A stretch of DNA of 64,000 nucleotides from Euglena gracilis (Eukaryota): the NCBI GenBank assembly GCA_039621445.1, contig CP154954.1:5805919-5869918 (forward strand), written 5' to 3'. Positions within the stretch are counted from its first letter, which is position 1; every line of letters starts with the position of its first letter. The notes below the pieces were generated by a model, which was not told the DNA's origin, ran no database searches, and was given only the letters and a program-made list of their open reading frames with translations. Positions 13,601-25,290 of this stretch are shown piece after piece. A program made the position numbers and the translations under genes.

Positions 13601-15206
13601 CTCAATCATCTCTTTCATAGCTTGTTCGCGTTCACCCGAACAACGGAAGAATTTCCGGTGCATGGGTTTAGCGCCATCCTTGAGCTCGATTTTGCAAACA
13701 CCGAACGGACCGCGAATCGCGGGGTCGATGTCGCAGGCGTATACTGGGTTATCCAGTACACCATGAAATTCGCGAGTAATTCGTGAACAATAGTCAGCAG
13801 ACTTGGGGTGTTGGTCCGCACTCTCAATGATCGCAGAAATCTGCGTTGAGGGTGTGGCATCACCATCCGTACCAAGGTACCTTGGCACACACACATCGGA
13901 TATTCCGAATGCGTCAAAGAAACAAATGCGAAAAATTATTTCTTTAACAGGTGGTAATAATATACCACAAAAATCCTCGAATCGTGGTACATCAGCGGGT
14001 AAATCCCACCAATGAAAACACACATGAGATAGCTTGTGAAACCAATCCGCATTCGGATTGACGGGTATGAGGAGAGCTCCTCGCGCTTCATCGCAGAGGA
14101 TTTTCTCCACCAAATCCGGAAAAATTTCGGGGGAGGGTGCATCCAGAGCACCGTATCACCCCAAAATTTCAGAAATGCGTTGGAATGTCGCGACCAATAT
14201 CGCGACAAGCGCGCATGCGTTTTTGGTGAAAACGCATCAATTTCCAACGACAAATCGAAGGAATCAGCCACAACCGCTATTTTGGAGAACCATTCGTCCA
14301 AAATACGGTATTGACCAAAATTAAATGCGTTCCATACACGCATCGTGTAGGTGTCGAACTGGTTCGCGGGTTGAAGAGCGGTAACACAATTCAGGGATCC
14401 GCAAACATAGGTCAAGGGTGTGTCATCCACACTCCCTAGGGGCATTCCCAAGGGTTGATGGTTTGGATGAGTGCATACCCAGTCCATATCATGCCAGATG
14501 GAGGTGGGGGAGGTGTGTGACACGGATTTCGCATTCCCAAACAACAAGGCAATACCTCGTTGTTGGAGCACTTGATGTACGGTCGCTCATTGCGATCCGC
14601 AACCAAGTGTATGGTTACGCGAAATAGGGATTAGTGTTGCTGTTTGGACTAAACATCCACAATCGAAATCTGGCTGGGCGGAAATTCTCCTACAGTGCAC
14701 ACATTGGTAGGAAGTGTCGCAGTAGTGGTCCTGGTCGCGCATGTTGGTCTGGTGGGGGTGTGTGTAAAAGTTGCGATGCGCTTTTGATGCTGCTGGGGGG
14801 TGTACAGATGTATCTGAAAGCAATACATCTGGTGGAAAACGGGGTAATAGTGCAGCAGGGCGACTACTCGACACCGTTATAACTTCAGGCCTTTGGGCTT
14901 TCGTCTTGTTACCCAGTGGAACGAGTGGGGTACCGCTACTCGCTTGCCCTGCCTCATGGGGAACGGAAGTTGGTGTGCCAATGGGCAGGGGGTGAACTTT
15001 CTCGGTACACCCGGTGTGGAAAACGTTGGTTGGTGTGGTTGGTAACGGGGTAAAATTTTTTGAAAACGGTGTGAAAAATTTGGTGGTCGTCGTGGTTGAC
15101 GCCACAGGTGATGAAGGTTTGGGGGGCAATGAAGAGAATGGTGATGTGCGCAAACCGTGGGAGTGGCAATCCACTACCAGCCGGTGCTGACGTAAAAAGG
15201 GGTATC
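10633..15206 (-). pseudogene. pol: pol of copy B, 3' part: MTase-like domain, RT, RNase H, integrase with chromodomain
   Basis: LEIDAFSPKTHARL...[67 protein letters not shown]. Confidence 0.93.
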
Positions 15207-15641
15207 TGTGTACCAGGCACGTCCCAGCTCTGTAGGATATCTGCACAGTGGGTTCTGTGACGGTCGCACCACTGTGGAAGTCCAAAGCTGGTAAGATCGT
15301 GGCAGACCCTTCTGGGATCTGCCCCTGGACACGTCAGCACTTTTCTCTCCTTCCCCCACAGGTGGTATTCTTCACTGTCATTCTTCCAAAGTTTGACCAT
15401 TGGTTTTGTCAGAGGGAAAAACCCTCGGAACATTCGAACTTGATCTCAGAAGAAACTTCTGAGTCTTTGCTTTGTGCTTTGCTTCTTGGGGAATTGGGAA
15501 GAAAAGGGGAAAACAACTTTTCGTTACTCCAAAGACTTTTCCCTACCATAAGTAATAAGTAGGCTGCGCACCAAGGCGAAAGCGAAAGGCTTTTACAGAA
15601 AGTCCCAAAAAGGGGAAAAGGGAAAGCTTTGGACGTACACT
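15207..15641 (+). repeat. 5' LTR of C (TGTGTAC...GTACACT)
   Basis: Direct repeat of 31633-32067, about 8 substitutions counted by eye. Confidence 0.96.
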
Positions 15642-15726
15642 TGGTAGCAGAATAGGTCAACGATCCTACAGAAAGAAAGTCTACCAGGTAATACACTTGG
15701 TAGCAGATTTAGGCAACGATCCTATA
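15642..15726 (+). promoter_or_regulatory. Primer-binding site complementary to the tRNA-iMet 3' end, duplicated
   Basis: TGGTAGCAGA directly after the LTR (15642) and again after TACACT at ~15698; both followed by CGATCC. Confidence 0.85.
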
Positions 15727-15951
15727 CAGACGTTCCACACAGAGAAACTCTGTGGTTGACTGGTGGTGATGATCGTACTGAGCCGTGAAACACGGTGAAA
15801 GTACTGTTCCTGGCCCCTAGCCAACCTTTAAGCAAGGATACAGTTCTCAGAAGGCTCTGTTCGGTAATCGCCGATACAACCTTTCTGGTACCCGTTTCTC
15901 TGCTTATTTGTGTGAATTTTTGGGTTTTTGCCTTTTTACCCATCTCAAAAG

Positions 15952-18900
15952 ATGCAGAGCACAAGCCCCAACCCCAAATTTTATTATGACTTGTTGATGA
16001 GTTCATTGAGCAATTGTGATGAAGATTGCGGGGATTGGAACGGTTTGAATGAAACAAGTTCCAATTCCCGACCCCCCAAGCAAGAAGAAGGCAATTTGAC
16101 TCATTTGTCATTGTCAAAAGGCGAAACGCCTTTATTGTTGCATGGGGGTAATGAACCCTCTTCATCATCATTGTCATTGATTGTGCGGGATGTAGGTGGC
16201 AAAATGCCTTCCTCCATCCCGATTCACCCATCATTGATGCGGCGAGGGGATGAACCCCTTGCACCCTCACACTTGGTTACTCATGTTACCCATGAACAAA
16301 GTGAGGGGTATTTGCCCTTTGCTCTGTTCACACCCAAAAGATCCCCGGTGGAAGCACCGGTGGGCCTTTTGGAGTGCAACTCGGTGGAAACACCGTGTTT
16401 TTTCCAACCCCCCCCTCAATTACCACCCCCCACACCATTTCGCGCATTGCCGGGATTACCCGCGGAAGCTGCGGTTTTCCCTGCATTGCCATGGAACCCA
16501 GATATGCGTCTGGTGGTACCGGAAATCTCTGGTGCCGTTTCCATTGTGGAGGACTATGAGGAAGATTTGAGGGATAACCTCACCCCCGGTGATGTTTACC
16601 GAATTCTCGGTCAACTCCCAGCGGATCACCCGCTTAGCAAGCAAATTTTGCATGTCCACCAATGCGTTGCGGAATGCGCAACCATGCTCAACACAGTTTT
16701 GCAGTTCGATGAGGACAATCAAAGGGTTGTCAACGCCAAACTGGAATGTTGCTGGAATTATTTGCAGGAAATCGGCAAATATTGCCAACACAATTTTGAA
16801 AATGCGGGGAAAGACCTTCAGCATTTTCGAGAAAGTGTTGACAGTATTTTGCGCCTCCAACTTCCACAAAATTTCCAACAAATCAGCGAAATGCTGCATA
16901 AAGCGGAAACGCGGAATGATTCCAAGTTTCTGCATGTGCGAGATGGTATGAGCCATCTTTTTGCAAAAGTGGAATCCTGTTCAACCATGCTACTGCAATT
17001 GCAGCACCAGTTACAAGCGCAAATTGCCACCCCCAAAATACCGGAAATCGGTAACTTTGTTGCGGTTGAGCATTTTGCCACACTCACTACTTCTTTCCAA
17101 GAAGCCCAACAACGGATGTTGCATCTTGCCTCGGAAATCGAGCACTTGAAGCAATTTCAGGCGAAAGCACAAGAATATTTTGTTCCCCGTACGCAAATTC
17201 AGCTTTTGGAGGAACGAATTTATACACTTGGAGCAAAAATCCTGCCATTGTGCCGCAAATCAGGATGGATTAACCACCCTGCACGCGAAAATCGCGGATT
17301 GCGCACAACGGTTGGATTTCGCGCAACAACAATCGCAAACGGACATTGGCGGTATTAATGCCACCGTTGTCGGTTTGCAGGAGCATGTTTCCGCACTTTC
17401 CAAGCGAATCCCCGACATTAGTGGTATTCAAGCCGCTATTGGGGAATTGCAAACCTGTTGCACCTTGTTGTCCACCACAGTAGCGGAAATTCGTGCACTC
17501 CCCAATATCTCGCGCGCTCGGATATCCGAGTCACCGGAATTTCGCTCATTTTATAACAAAATGCTTGGTGACAACAAGGAAACCTTGCAAGCATTTTGCA
17601 CAAGTTTGATTCAACTTGAGGAATCTGTGAATCGGAATGCCCGATCAATGCAAGATGAGGTTTCACGGTTGGATGGACGAATTTCTGCGTTGTTGGAAAA
17701 GCCAACCGCGGAAAATTCGCGCACCACCGCGGAAACCCCCACCAAGTCACCCCACCAATTGCAAATTGTCTCAAATGCAGTAAAAGCGCTTGCGGGTCAA
17801 CTCCGGAGTGTGGAGGAGTCCCAAAGACAACTTGTCCAAGACCTACACTTGGTTTCTGAAAAGTTACCACCCTTGGACGACTTTTCCCGTTACCGCAAAC
17901 GCATTAGGCATTTGGAGACTGAGGTTGACCGTATTTGCGGCCAACTCCAGTTGGTGGAACATTTGGAAGAAACGGTGCATGACTTGTCCGCGAGTTTGGA
18001 TAAAATGTCCACTCCGGCACCGGTTGTGCCACCATCCACCGCGGTAAGCGCTGCGGTTGGTATTCCAAATGTCCCAGAATCGCGTTCTCAAATTACCATT
18101 TCTGGAGTAGGAATCCCTACATCCACCGCGAATTTGGTACAACCACCCGCGAAAACGCGAATTGTACCACCTTTGCATTTGCCCACACCACAAACTCACT
18201 TTTCGCAACACATTTCCGATGAGGAAATTGACCCCCCACTCGAAAATCCGAGTCTCCACCAAGAAATTCAACATTCCAACCTAGTACGAGGAATGAGCCA
18301 ACACCCCATACCTGGTATTGGTCATGTGCCGCTTTCGCGATCATACCAACCACCAACGGGTTCTGGATTACCAGACCACCCGTCGGGATTTCGGCGGGAA
18401 ACCCGCCCCACCGTGAGAATTTCACCTAATTTTTCGCAAATCCCGCAGGAAAATCCTGCCAACATTACACTTGGTGCGGGAAATCCTTCACGGGATACAC
18501 ATGGAGCGGAAAATCCGCAAAACGCGTTTGGTGTTAAGAATTACCCTGACCCAAACCCCTGGAATACCACCGAGGGTCAGCGGGTTACTCAGAGAGACTT
18601 CAAGGGCACCATCGCAATCGCGAACAAGTTGAAACCCCAATGGGACGGGGATCCAACCACATGGAGACAATTTTTTCGGGACTGGGAGTACTATTAGGCA
18701 CTAAAGGGACCCACCCAAGACCCGAATCCCGAGGTAGTCAAGATGGAATTCATCGATTTCCTACCGAGGGAGGAGCGAGAACGCGTACGCAATTTTGGTG
18801 ATACGTAATGGCGTATCATTCGATGACTTGGTTGAGCAATACGCTTCAACCAACTCAAGCTTGGTCACCAGGATTACCCTGGAGAAGAAATGGCGACAAT

Positions 18901-20031
18901 CCGCGGCATCGGATCGCGAATGGAAATCCATTGACTTTTGGTATGCCAAATGGTTAGCACTTGCTTCCGAAGTTGATGAACTTAGCGAGAAGCAAATGCG
19001 CGAACAATTCGATGCGGTTTTGTTGCATTTCACACCATCCCTCGTGAAGGATATCCATCGCGAGGAGTTGGCAGGGCATGAGATGAATCTTGCCCAATGT
19101 TGGAAGTTATGTGTCAAAGCAACTCAAGCTCACACAAGTTCTGGGACAAATACAGTCCGCTTTCCAAACGCATCCCACCGCGGGAATCCCTGCGGGTGCG
19201 GTTAATGCGTTGCAAAAATCATCCATGTCACCGAGATCACCCACCACGGGACCGAAAACGCGGAATCAGCGTTCTTCGGACCAGGGCACGGATAAACTGT
19301 GATTTTTGTGCAACAAATATGGTCACATGTCTCGGGAATGCCCGAATCCCGATGCGCGAAAGCGTATTGGATGCCCAAGGGGCTCGACCTCCTCACGGGG
19401 ATCGGGATCCTCAGCGTTTTTGCGTCAATCGGGAGTTTCACGTTCTTCGGAAAGCCGCTTTAGCGGTAGTAGGCCCAAGTCTCCATCGCGTGATGGTCGG
19501 GAAACCCGTCCCTCTCGCGGTCGGTGACCTGGACCCCCTACCCGAAAACGGGATTTCAATCGCGACTCTTCACGATCTCGTTCGCGAAGTGGATCATCCT
19601 CTTCGCGGGAGTCACCGGGGAAACCCCGGTACATCGGTCATGGTCGACCGTAAACCCGTTCGCCACGACGGTTTGACGGACGAACGGAATACCGTTCCCC
19701 CCGTTATGCGGAACCCCGCCACAAATCCCGTTGTTCACTTTGCGGTTCCAACGACCACCACGCATCCAAATGTCCCAGATCTCGTTCCCCCCGGCCCGGC
19801 TACGGAAATCGCGGTAAGCGCCACGATGACCGTGGTTACTCCTCCAACCGGTAAAAGGTCGGTTTCAAGATATCTTGTTTGGAGGAGGACACCCCGGCTT
19901 CGGGCAGGGAGGGGGATGAGACCTCGGACGGGGGATTTAATGAGGCCCGAATGGCGGTGCGCTCATTGAATTACATCTATTCCACCAAAAAGTCCGTTGC
20001 CGGCTATGCGGCCGGTTCGGACTTGGAGTAG
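15952..20031 (+). pseudogene. gag: Very long gag of C (~1360 codons): coiled-coil N-terminal region, capsid, two zinc knuckles with an RS-rich spacer
   Basis: ORFs 15928-17358 and 17180-18697 run into KPQWDGDPTTWRQFFRDWEYY; knuckles at ~19300 and ~19730; several stops and frameshifts. Confidence 0.85.
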
Positions 20032-20067
20032 GGGAGCCCGAGGTCCGAGGGCTCGGACCTCTGGGCT
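20029..20067 (+). promoter_or_regulatory. gag UAG stop followed by a strong hairpin; candidate read-through signal
   Basis: TAG GGG AGCCC-GAGGTCCGA-gggc-TCGGACCTC-t-GGGCT; pol ATG 20077 is in frame; conserved in A, B and D. Confidence 0.75.
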
Positions 20068-23000
20068 GATGAACAGATGGAGGTAAGACCTGATCAACCT
20101 TACCCCCCCTGCCCATCCGCCTTCACGGTCAGTACCCAGAATTATTTCAGGTCCCCCACCCCACACTCCACATTTCCGCTCGGAATGCTGAGCAAAGTAG
20201 GAAAGGGTTCATGGGAGAGCTGGCATGTAAACGTATTTCCACCAGACCCTTCACTTTGCGTACCACCAATGGAATTACTCGTCCAAGCGGAAATCCGCAT
20301 TCAAAATTTCTCCACCAAAGTTAAAATTCTCATTGACAGTGGTTGTCGCATTGCACTGCTTTTTCGGTTGGGGTTGATACCGACCCCGCTCTTGGTAAGT
20401 GCCAAGAAACCGATCAAAATTACAACCGCGGATAACACCCCCATGTGTGGTGGTGATTTGGGTTGTGTGCTCGAGATACTGTTGCCCATCATTCCGAAGC
20501 ATCACTCAAAACCCCCACAATTACAACATTTCACCAATATTTGGGTTACGAGTCCGGAATTCACGGGTCTGACGTAATTTTGGTATACCCATTTTTACGC
20601 CAGTACCGATTGGTTGTGGATTGCCACTCCCACGGTTTGCGCACAGCACCCAACACAACATTGACACCAAACCACCATCACCGCTGGCATCCGCCATGAT
20701 GACCACCACTTTACCAACACCGTTACCCACAATGGCAACACCGTTATCCACCACACCAACAACCGTTTTCCACACCCGGGGTACGGAGAAAGCCTCCCCC
20801 CTGCCCAATGACACACCAACATGCGTTCCACATGAGGCAGGGCAAGCGAGTAGTGGTACCCCCGCCGTTTCACTGGGTTACAAAACGAAAGCCCAAAGGC
20901 CTGAAGATATATCGGTGTCGAGTAGTCGCCCAGCTACACCACCACTCCGTTGCCCACCAGTTGTGCCGAATCCAGGCACACCTGTACAAGACTCACCGGC
21001 TAATGCCATCGACACCCACTTACACGCACACCCGTCACACCATCACACTGCCTACCAATGTGTGCACTGCAGGAGAATTTCCACCCAATCGGATTTCGAT
21101 TGTGGATGTTTAGTTGAAAATCCGACACTAATCACTATTCCGAATACGGAATCCACACCCCAGGATACACTTGGTTGTAGCCCGCAATGCGCGGAGATAC
21201 ACCGAGTACTCCAACAACGCGGATTAGCCTCGTTGTTCGGATACGCGAAAAGCGTTATGTCTAATCACCATCCCGAGTTCACTTGGTATGAATTTGATGC
21301 GGAATGGGGAAACCCCCAACCTGTCCAAGCTCCCTTGGGATTACCCCTTGAGGTAGTGGAAGACAACCCGCATGTTTGTGGATCCATTCATTGTGTTTCT
21401 TCACTCCAACCCGGAAATCGGGTGCTTGAATACGCGAAACGCGTATGGAATGCTTTCAATTTTGGTCAATATCGCATTTCGGAACGATGGTTTTACAAAA
21501 TCGCGACATTGGCTGATTCTTTTTATTTGGCATTGGAAATCGATGCCTTCTCATCCAATGAGCATGCCCGTTTGCCACGTCATTGGTCACGACACTCCAA
21601 CGCATTTGATAAATTTTGGGGTGATACGGTGTTATGGATGCACCCTCCCCCAAAACTTATCGAATGTGCGGTTGGGAAAATTCTGCGGGATGAAGCCCGT
21701 GGAGTTATTCTCATACCCATCATTCCGGAAGCGGAATGGTTCACCCAACTATCGTATGTGTGTTTTCATTGGTGGGATTTACCCACTAATGTACCGATTT
21801 TTGAGGATTTTTGTGGTAAAATATTACCACCCTTGCAAGAAATCATTTTTCGCGTATCTTCCTTCGATGCATTCGGAATGTCAAAATTTGCGGTGCCGAG
21901 GAAGCTCGGTAGCCCCAGGGATACCCTGGCGGTTTCCGCAGTCATCCAAAGTGCAGGTCAGCATCCTAATTCAGCCGAATTCTGTTCGCGGATCACCCGC
22001 GAATTTCACGGTGTGCTGGAAAATCCAGTATACGCGTGTGACATCGACCCCGCGATACACGGTCCGTTCGGTGTTTGTATGATCGAGCTTAAGGATGGAG
22101 CCAAGCCAATGCACCGTAAATTTTTTCGTTGTTCGGGAGAACGCGAACAAGCTCTCAATGAAATGATTGAGAAGCTTATTCAGCGCAAGTGGATCGTACC
22201 CTCGAAAAGCGAGTGGACATCCCAGGCATTTGTTGTTCCTAAACCCCTAGACCACTCAGGTCAGATGAAATGGAGACTGGTGCTGGATTACCGGTACCTG
22301 AACTCCCAAACAAGGGATGATCCCTTCCCGCTCCCCCTGATCGAGGATTTGATCACCAAACAATCGGAAAACCGGTTGTGGTCAATTTTCGATCTGGAGG
22401 ACGGTTTTCACCAAATGCACTTGCACCCTGACTCACAACCATACACGGCATTCGTGACATCCAAGGGTGTGTACCAATGGACGGTGCTCCCCATGGGTGT
22501 TAAGAATGGCCCAGCCATGTTTCAGCGCGTGATACAATGGGTTCTACGCGATTTACCGTTTGCCATTGTGTACATTGATGATGTGCTGGTGGGAACACCA
22601 CCACCATCCGCAAAATCGAGCGAGGATATCCTCGTCACACACTTCCACCATGTTTGCGCGGTATTAACCGCTTTTCAAAAACATGTCCTTTTCGCGAAAG
22701 GCGCGAAAATGCATTTGTTTCGGATACTTATAAAATTTTGCGGTCACATCCTCAGCAATGGAAAGCGGAAAGCCGCTCCGAGTAAACTTGAAGCCATTAA
22801 GAAATGGACCCCTGAGGTAATCAAAACGATTACTCACCTCAAAGGATTTTTGAGATTAGCCCAATATTACGCGATTTATATGAAGGACTTCGCGAAAATC
22901 GCGGTGCCCCTCACCAAACAGCTCAAAAACCGGGCTGTTAACAACACCAAAGTCATTTGGGATGACCAAATGCGCGAGGACCTTGAGAAAATCAAGGTTT

Positions 23001-25128
23001 TGCTTTTGGAGAATGTTGTCCTCGAAATCGCGGACCCATAAAAACCATATGTACTGGAAGTCGACAGCAGCGGTTACGCTGTTGGCGGAGTTCTTAGCCA
23101 GCATAATGCGGCGAATGAGCTCCGACCTGTGGCTTTCTTCAGCAGAAAGTTACAGGGCGACGATGGAAAAGATCAAGTCAAATGGAGTATACGCGAGAAG
23201 GAAACCTACGCAATCGTGCTTATACTCCAGAAATTCCGAAGCTGGGTACCCAGCAGCTTGTCCAGATCCTCGTCAAGACCGACCGTGAGAGTCTCCAACA
23301 CTGGTACACCGAGTATTTGAACAAGGTCATGTCATCGGTCGGAAGGCGATGCAGATGGCATGAGTTCTTGAGTCAATTCAACCTTGTGGTTATTTATACC
23401 CCTGGACACACACAAAAAGTAGCGGATCCGGTCAGTCGGGCCCCTTGGTATTACCCTGGGAATCCGGATGAGGGAGACGCGACTTTTCATGGAAGTCAGG
23501 AAGCTGACAACTACGCACGCCGAAACGACGCTGCGGATAATCTTTTGGATTCTTTTCCCGTTTCACGACTATTCCTGGTCGCACCAGTGCGCGGAAGGCG
23601 CCGACGTGGAAGCACGTCCGGACCCCGGCGTATTACGCGCACGGAGTCCCCTTCCCCACTGTTCTTTCGCGAATGGGATTATAGTGGTGACCCGGTGTAT
23701 GACACCATTGTCACCAGACTTCGTAATGGCGAAGTGCTGGACAATTACACTCTTTCACCTTTACGGTTGGTTTTTCGCAATAAATCGGGTTACAAATATT
23801 GTATTCCCCAGGACCTGGTTGATGATGTGATTTTGTGTTATCACAACCACGGTCACCCTGGGGCCCCCAAACTTCTTTCGTTGGTGGGACGCAGGTATTG
23901 CACAACCCTGTGCGAGAAAGAGCTTTACTCACGCTGTTTGCGAATAGCGCAACGGTGTCAAATTTGTCAAGCGGTAAAACCCCGCAGAGGTACCCCCCCT
24001 GGTACGATGGACTTTTTCCCTGTACCCCCTGACATTTTTACATCCCTCTGCATGGATTTTCTGGAATTAGAACCGTGCAAAGGAACGGACGACAAAATTT
24101 ACGATTACGCATTTGTTGTCGTCTGCAGCCTGAGTGGGTACATTGTAGCCATTCCATGGCAGAAGTCAGGGTTGACTGCCCAAAGTTTGGCAACTATATT
24201 TTTGGAGAAATGTGTTTGCTTAATGGGTTTACCGAATGAAATCGTGAGTGATCAAGACCATTTGATTTCTTCAAGGGTTTTCACCACTTTGTGCGGTTTA
24301 CTCGGAATCGAGCAACATTTTTCCATTATATACCGACCCAAAGGCAATGGTAGAGCCGAGGCAGCCGTGAAATCCGTCGTGAATGTGCTTCGCCTTTCAC
24401 TGGCTGACTCGCGCAGCAACTGGATATCAGTTCTACCATGGTCTTTGTTTTATATCAATACCCTACCAGGGTTGGTTTTACCTCACTCCCCCTATAAATT
24501 AGTTTTCGGACGGGACCCTCCGGCCATAGGGGATGTCCGTTCGGAGAGACCCGCCCGAACGAGTGTCAGTTGCGAGACCTGGTTTGCGGAAGTAGAAAAT
24601 CTACGTTCTGCAGTCCAGAAGTGCGTGACTGATATTCATGCAACCAAACGGAAATCGTTTTTGCAGAATTTCAAGTCACCTGTGTATAGTCCCGGTGACC
24701 GCGTGTGGGTGCAGAAAAACCGTACTCGCATGCAGTCTTCCAAGCTGGACCCCCTCTGGCTCGGCCCCTGTGAAATCCTAGAAAGACTAGGTACCAGCGG
24801 GCGTTACAAGGTTGCATTACCGATTGGTGTCGAGGACGTTCATATGGACGACTTCAAGCCATACCTGTCGCCACCGGATGGGAAACCCATCCCGTGTTTG
24901 CACTTCAAACCCCGTTCCAGATTACCTGAGACGGACGACTTTGTAGTCGAAAAAATTATCGATCACAAAATCGACAAAGGTATGCACCATTGGAAGGTCC
25001 GCTGGAGAGGGTATGGGCCCGAGGAGGACACTTGGGAACCAGCAACCAGTTTTGTTGGGTATGTCCAGCAAGATTGGAAGCTGTGGAACAAGAAGCATAA
25101 CATTGATGTTTCCATGACAAGTTTTTGA
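20032..25128 (+). pseudogene. pol: pol of C: PR - Cys module - Dam-like MTase - RT - RNase H - integrase - chromodomain
   Basis: ILIDSGC; IDAFSS...LWMHPPP; YIDD ~22571; HNHGHPG/CQIC; LCMDF, IVSDQD, GRAE; C-terminal chromodomain VEKIIDHK...[17 protein letters not shown]. Confidence 0.94.
21460..21875 (+). other. Dam-like (N6A/N4C-type) DNA methyltransferase domain between protease and RT
   Basis: QYRISERWFYKI...LEIDAFSSNEHARLPRHW...NAFDKFWG..VLWMHPPPKLIECAVGKILRDEARGVILIP...EWF resembles the DIRS-type MT pattern IDLFA..N...DAF..W..Y(A/N)PPF.LI..L.KI....LI.P.W..PWF. Confidence 0.72.
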
Positions 25129-25290
25129 GAACGCATGGGAAACCCATGTTGTTTTCTCTTCTTTTTATAATTGATTCTTATCATTCTTTCTTTCCGCAGA
25201 CTTTTTAGCAAATAATACTCAAGCGGTTACCCTTACACACCTTACAACCAACAACCCAAACATCCCACCGTACCGACCCCGGGCGGTATC

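Noticed and set aside
15642-15670. tRNA gene
   Set aside because: Only short antisense complementarity to a tRNA 3' end (a PBS); no cloverleaf
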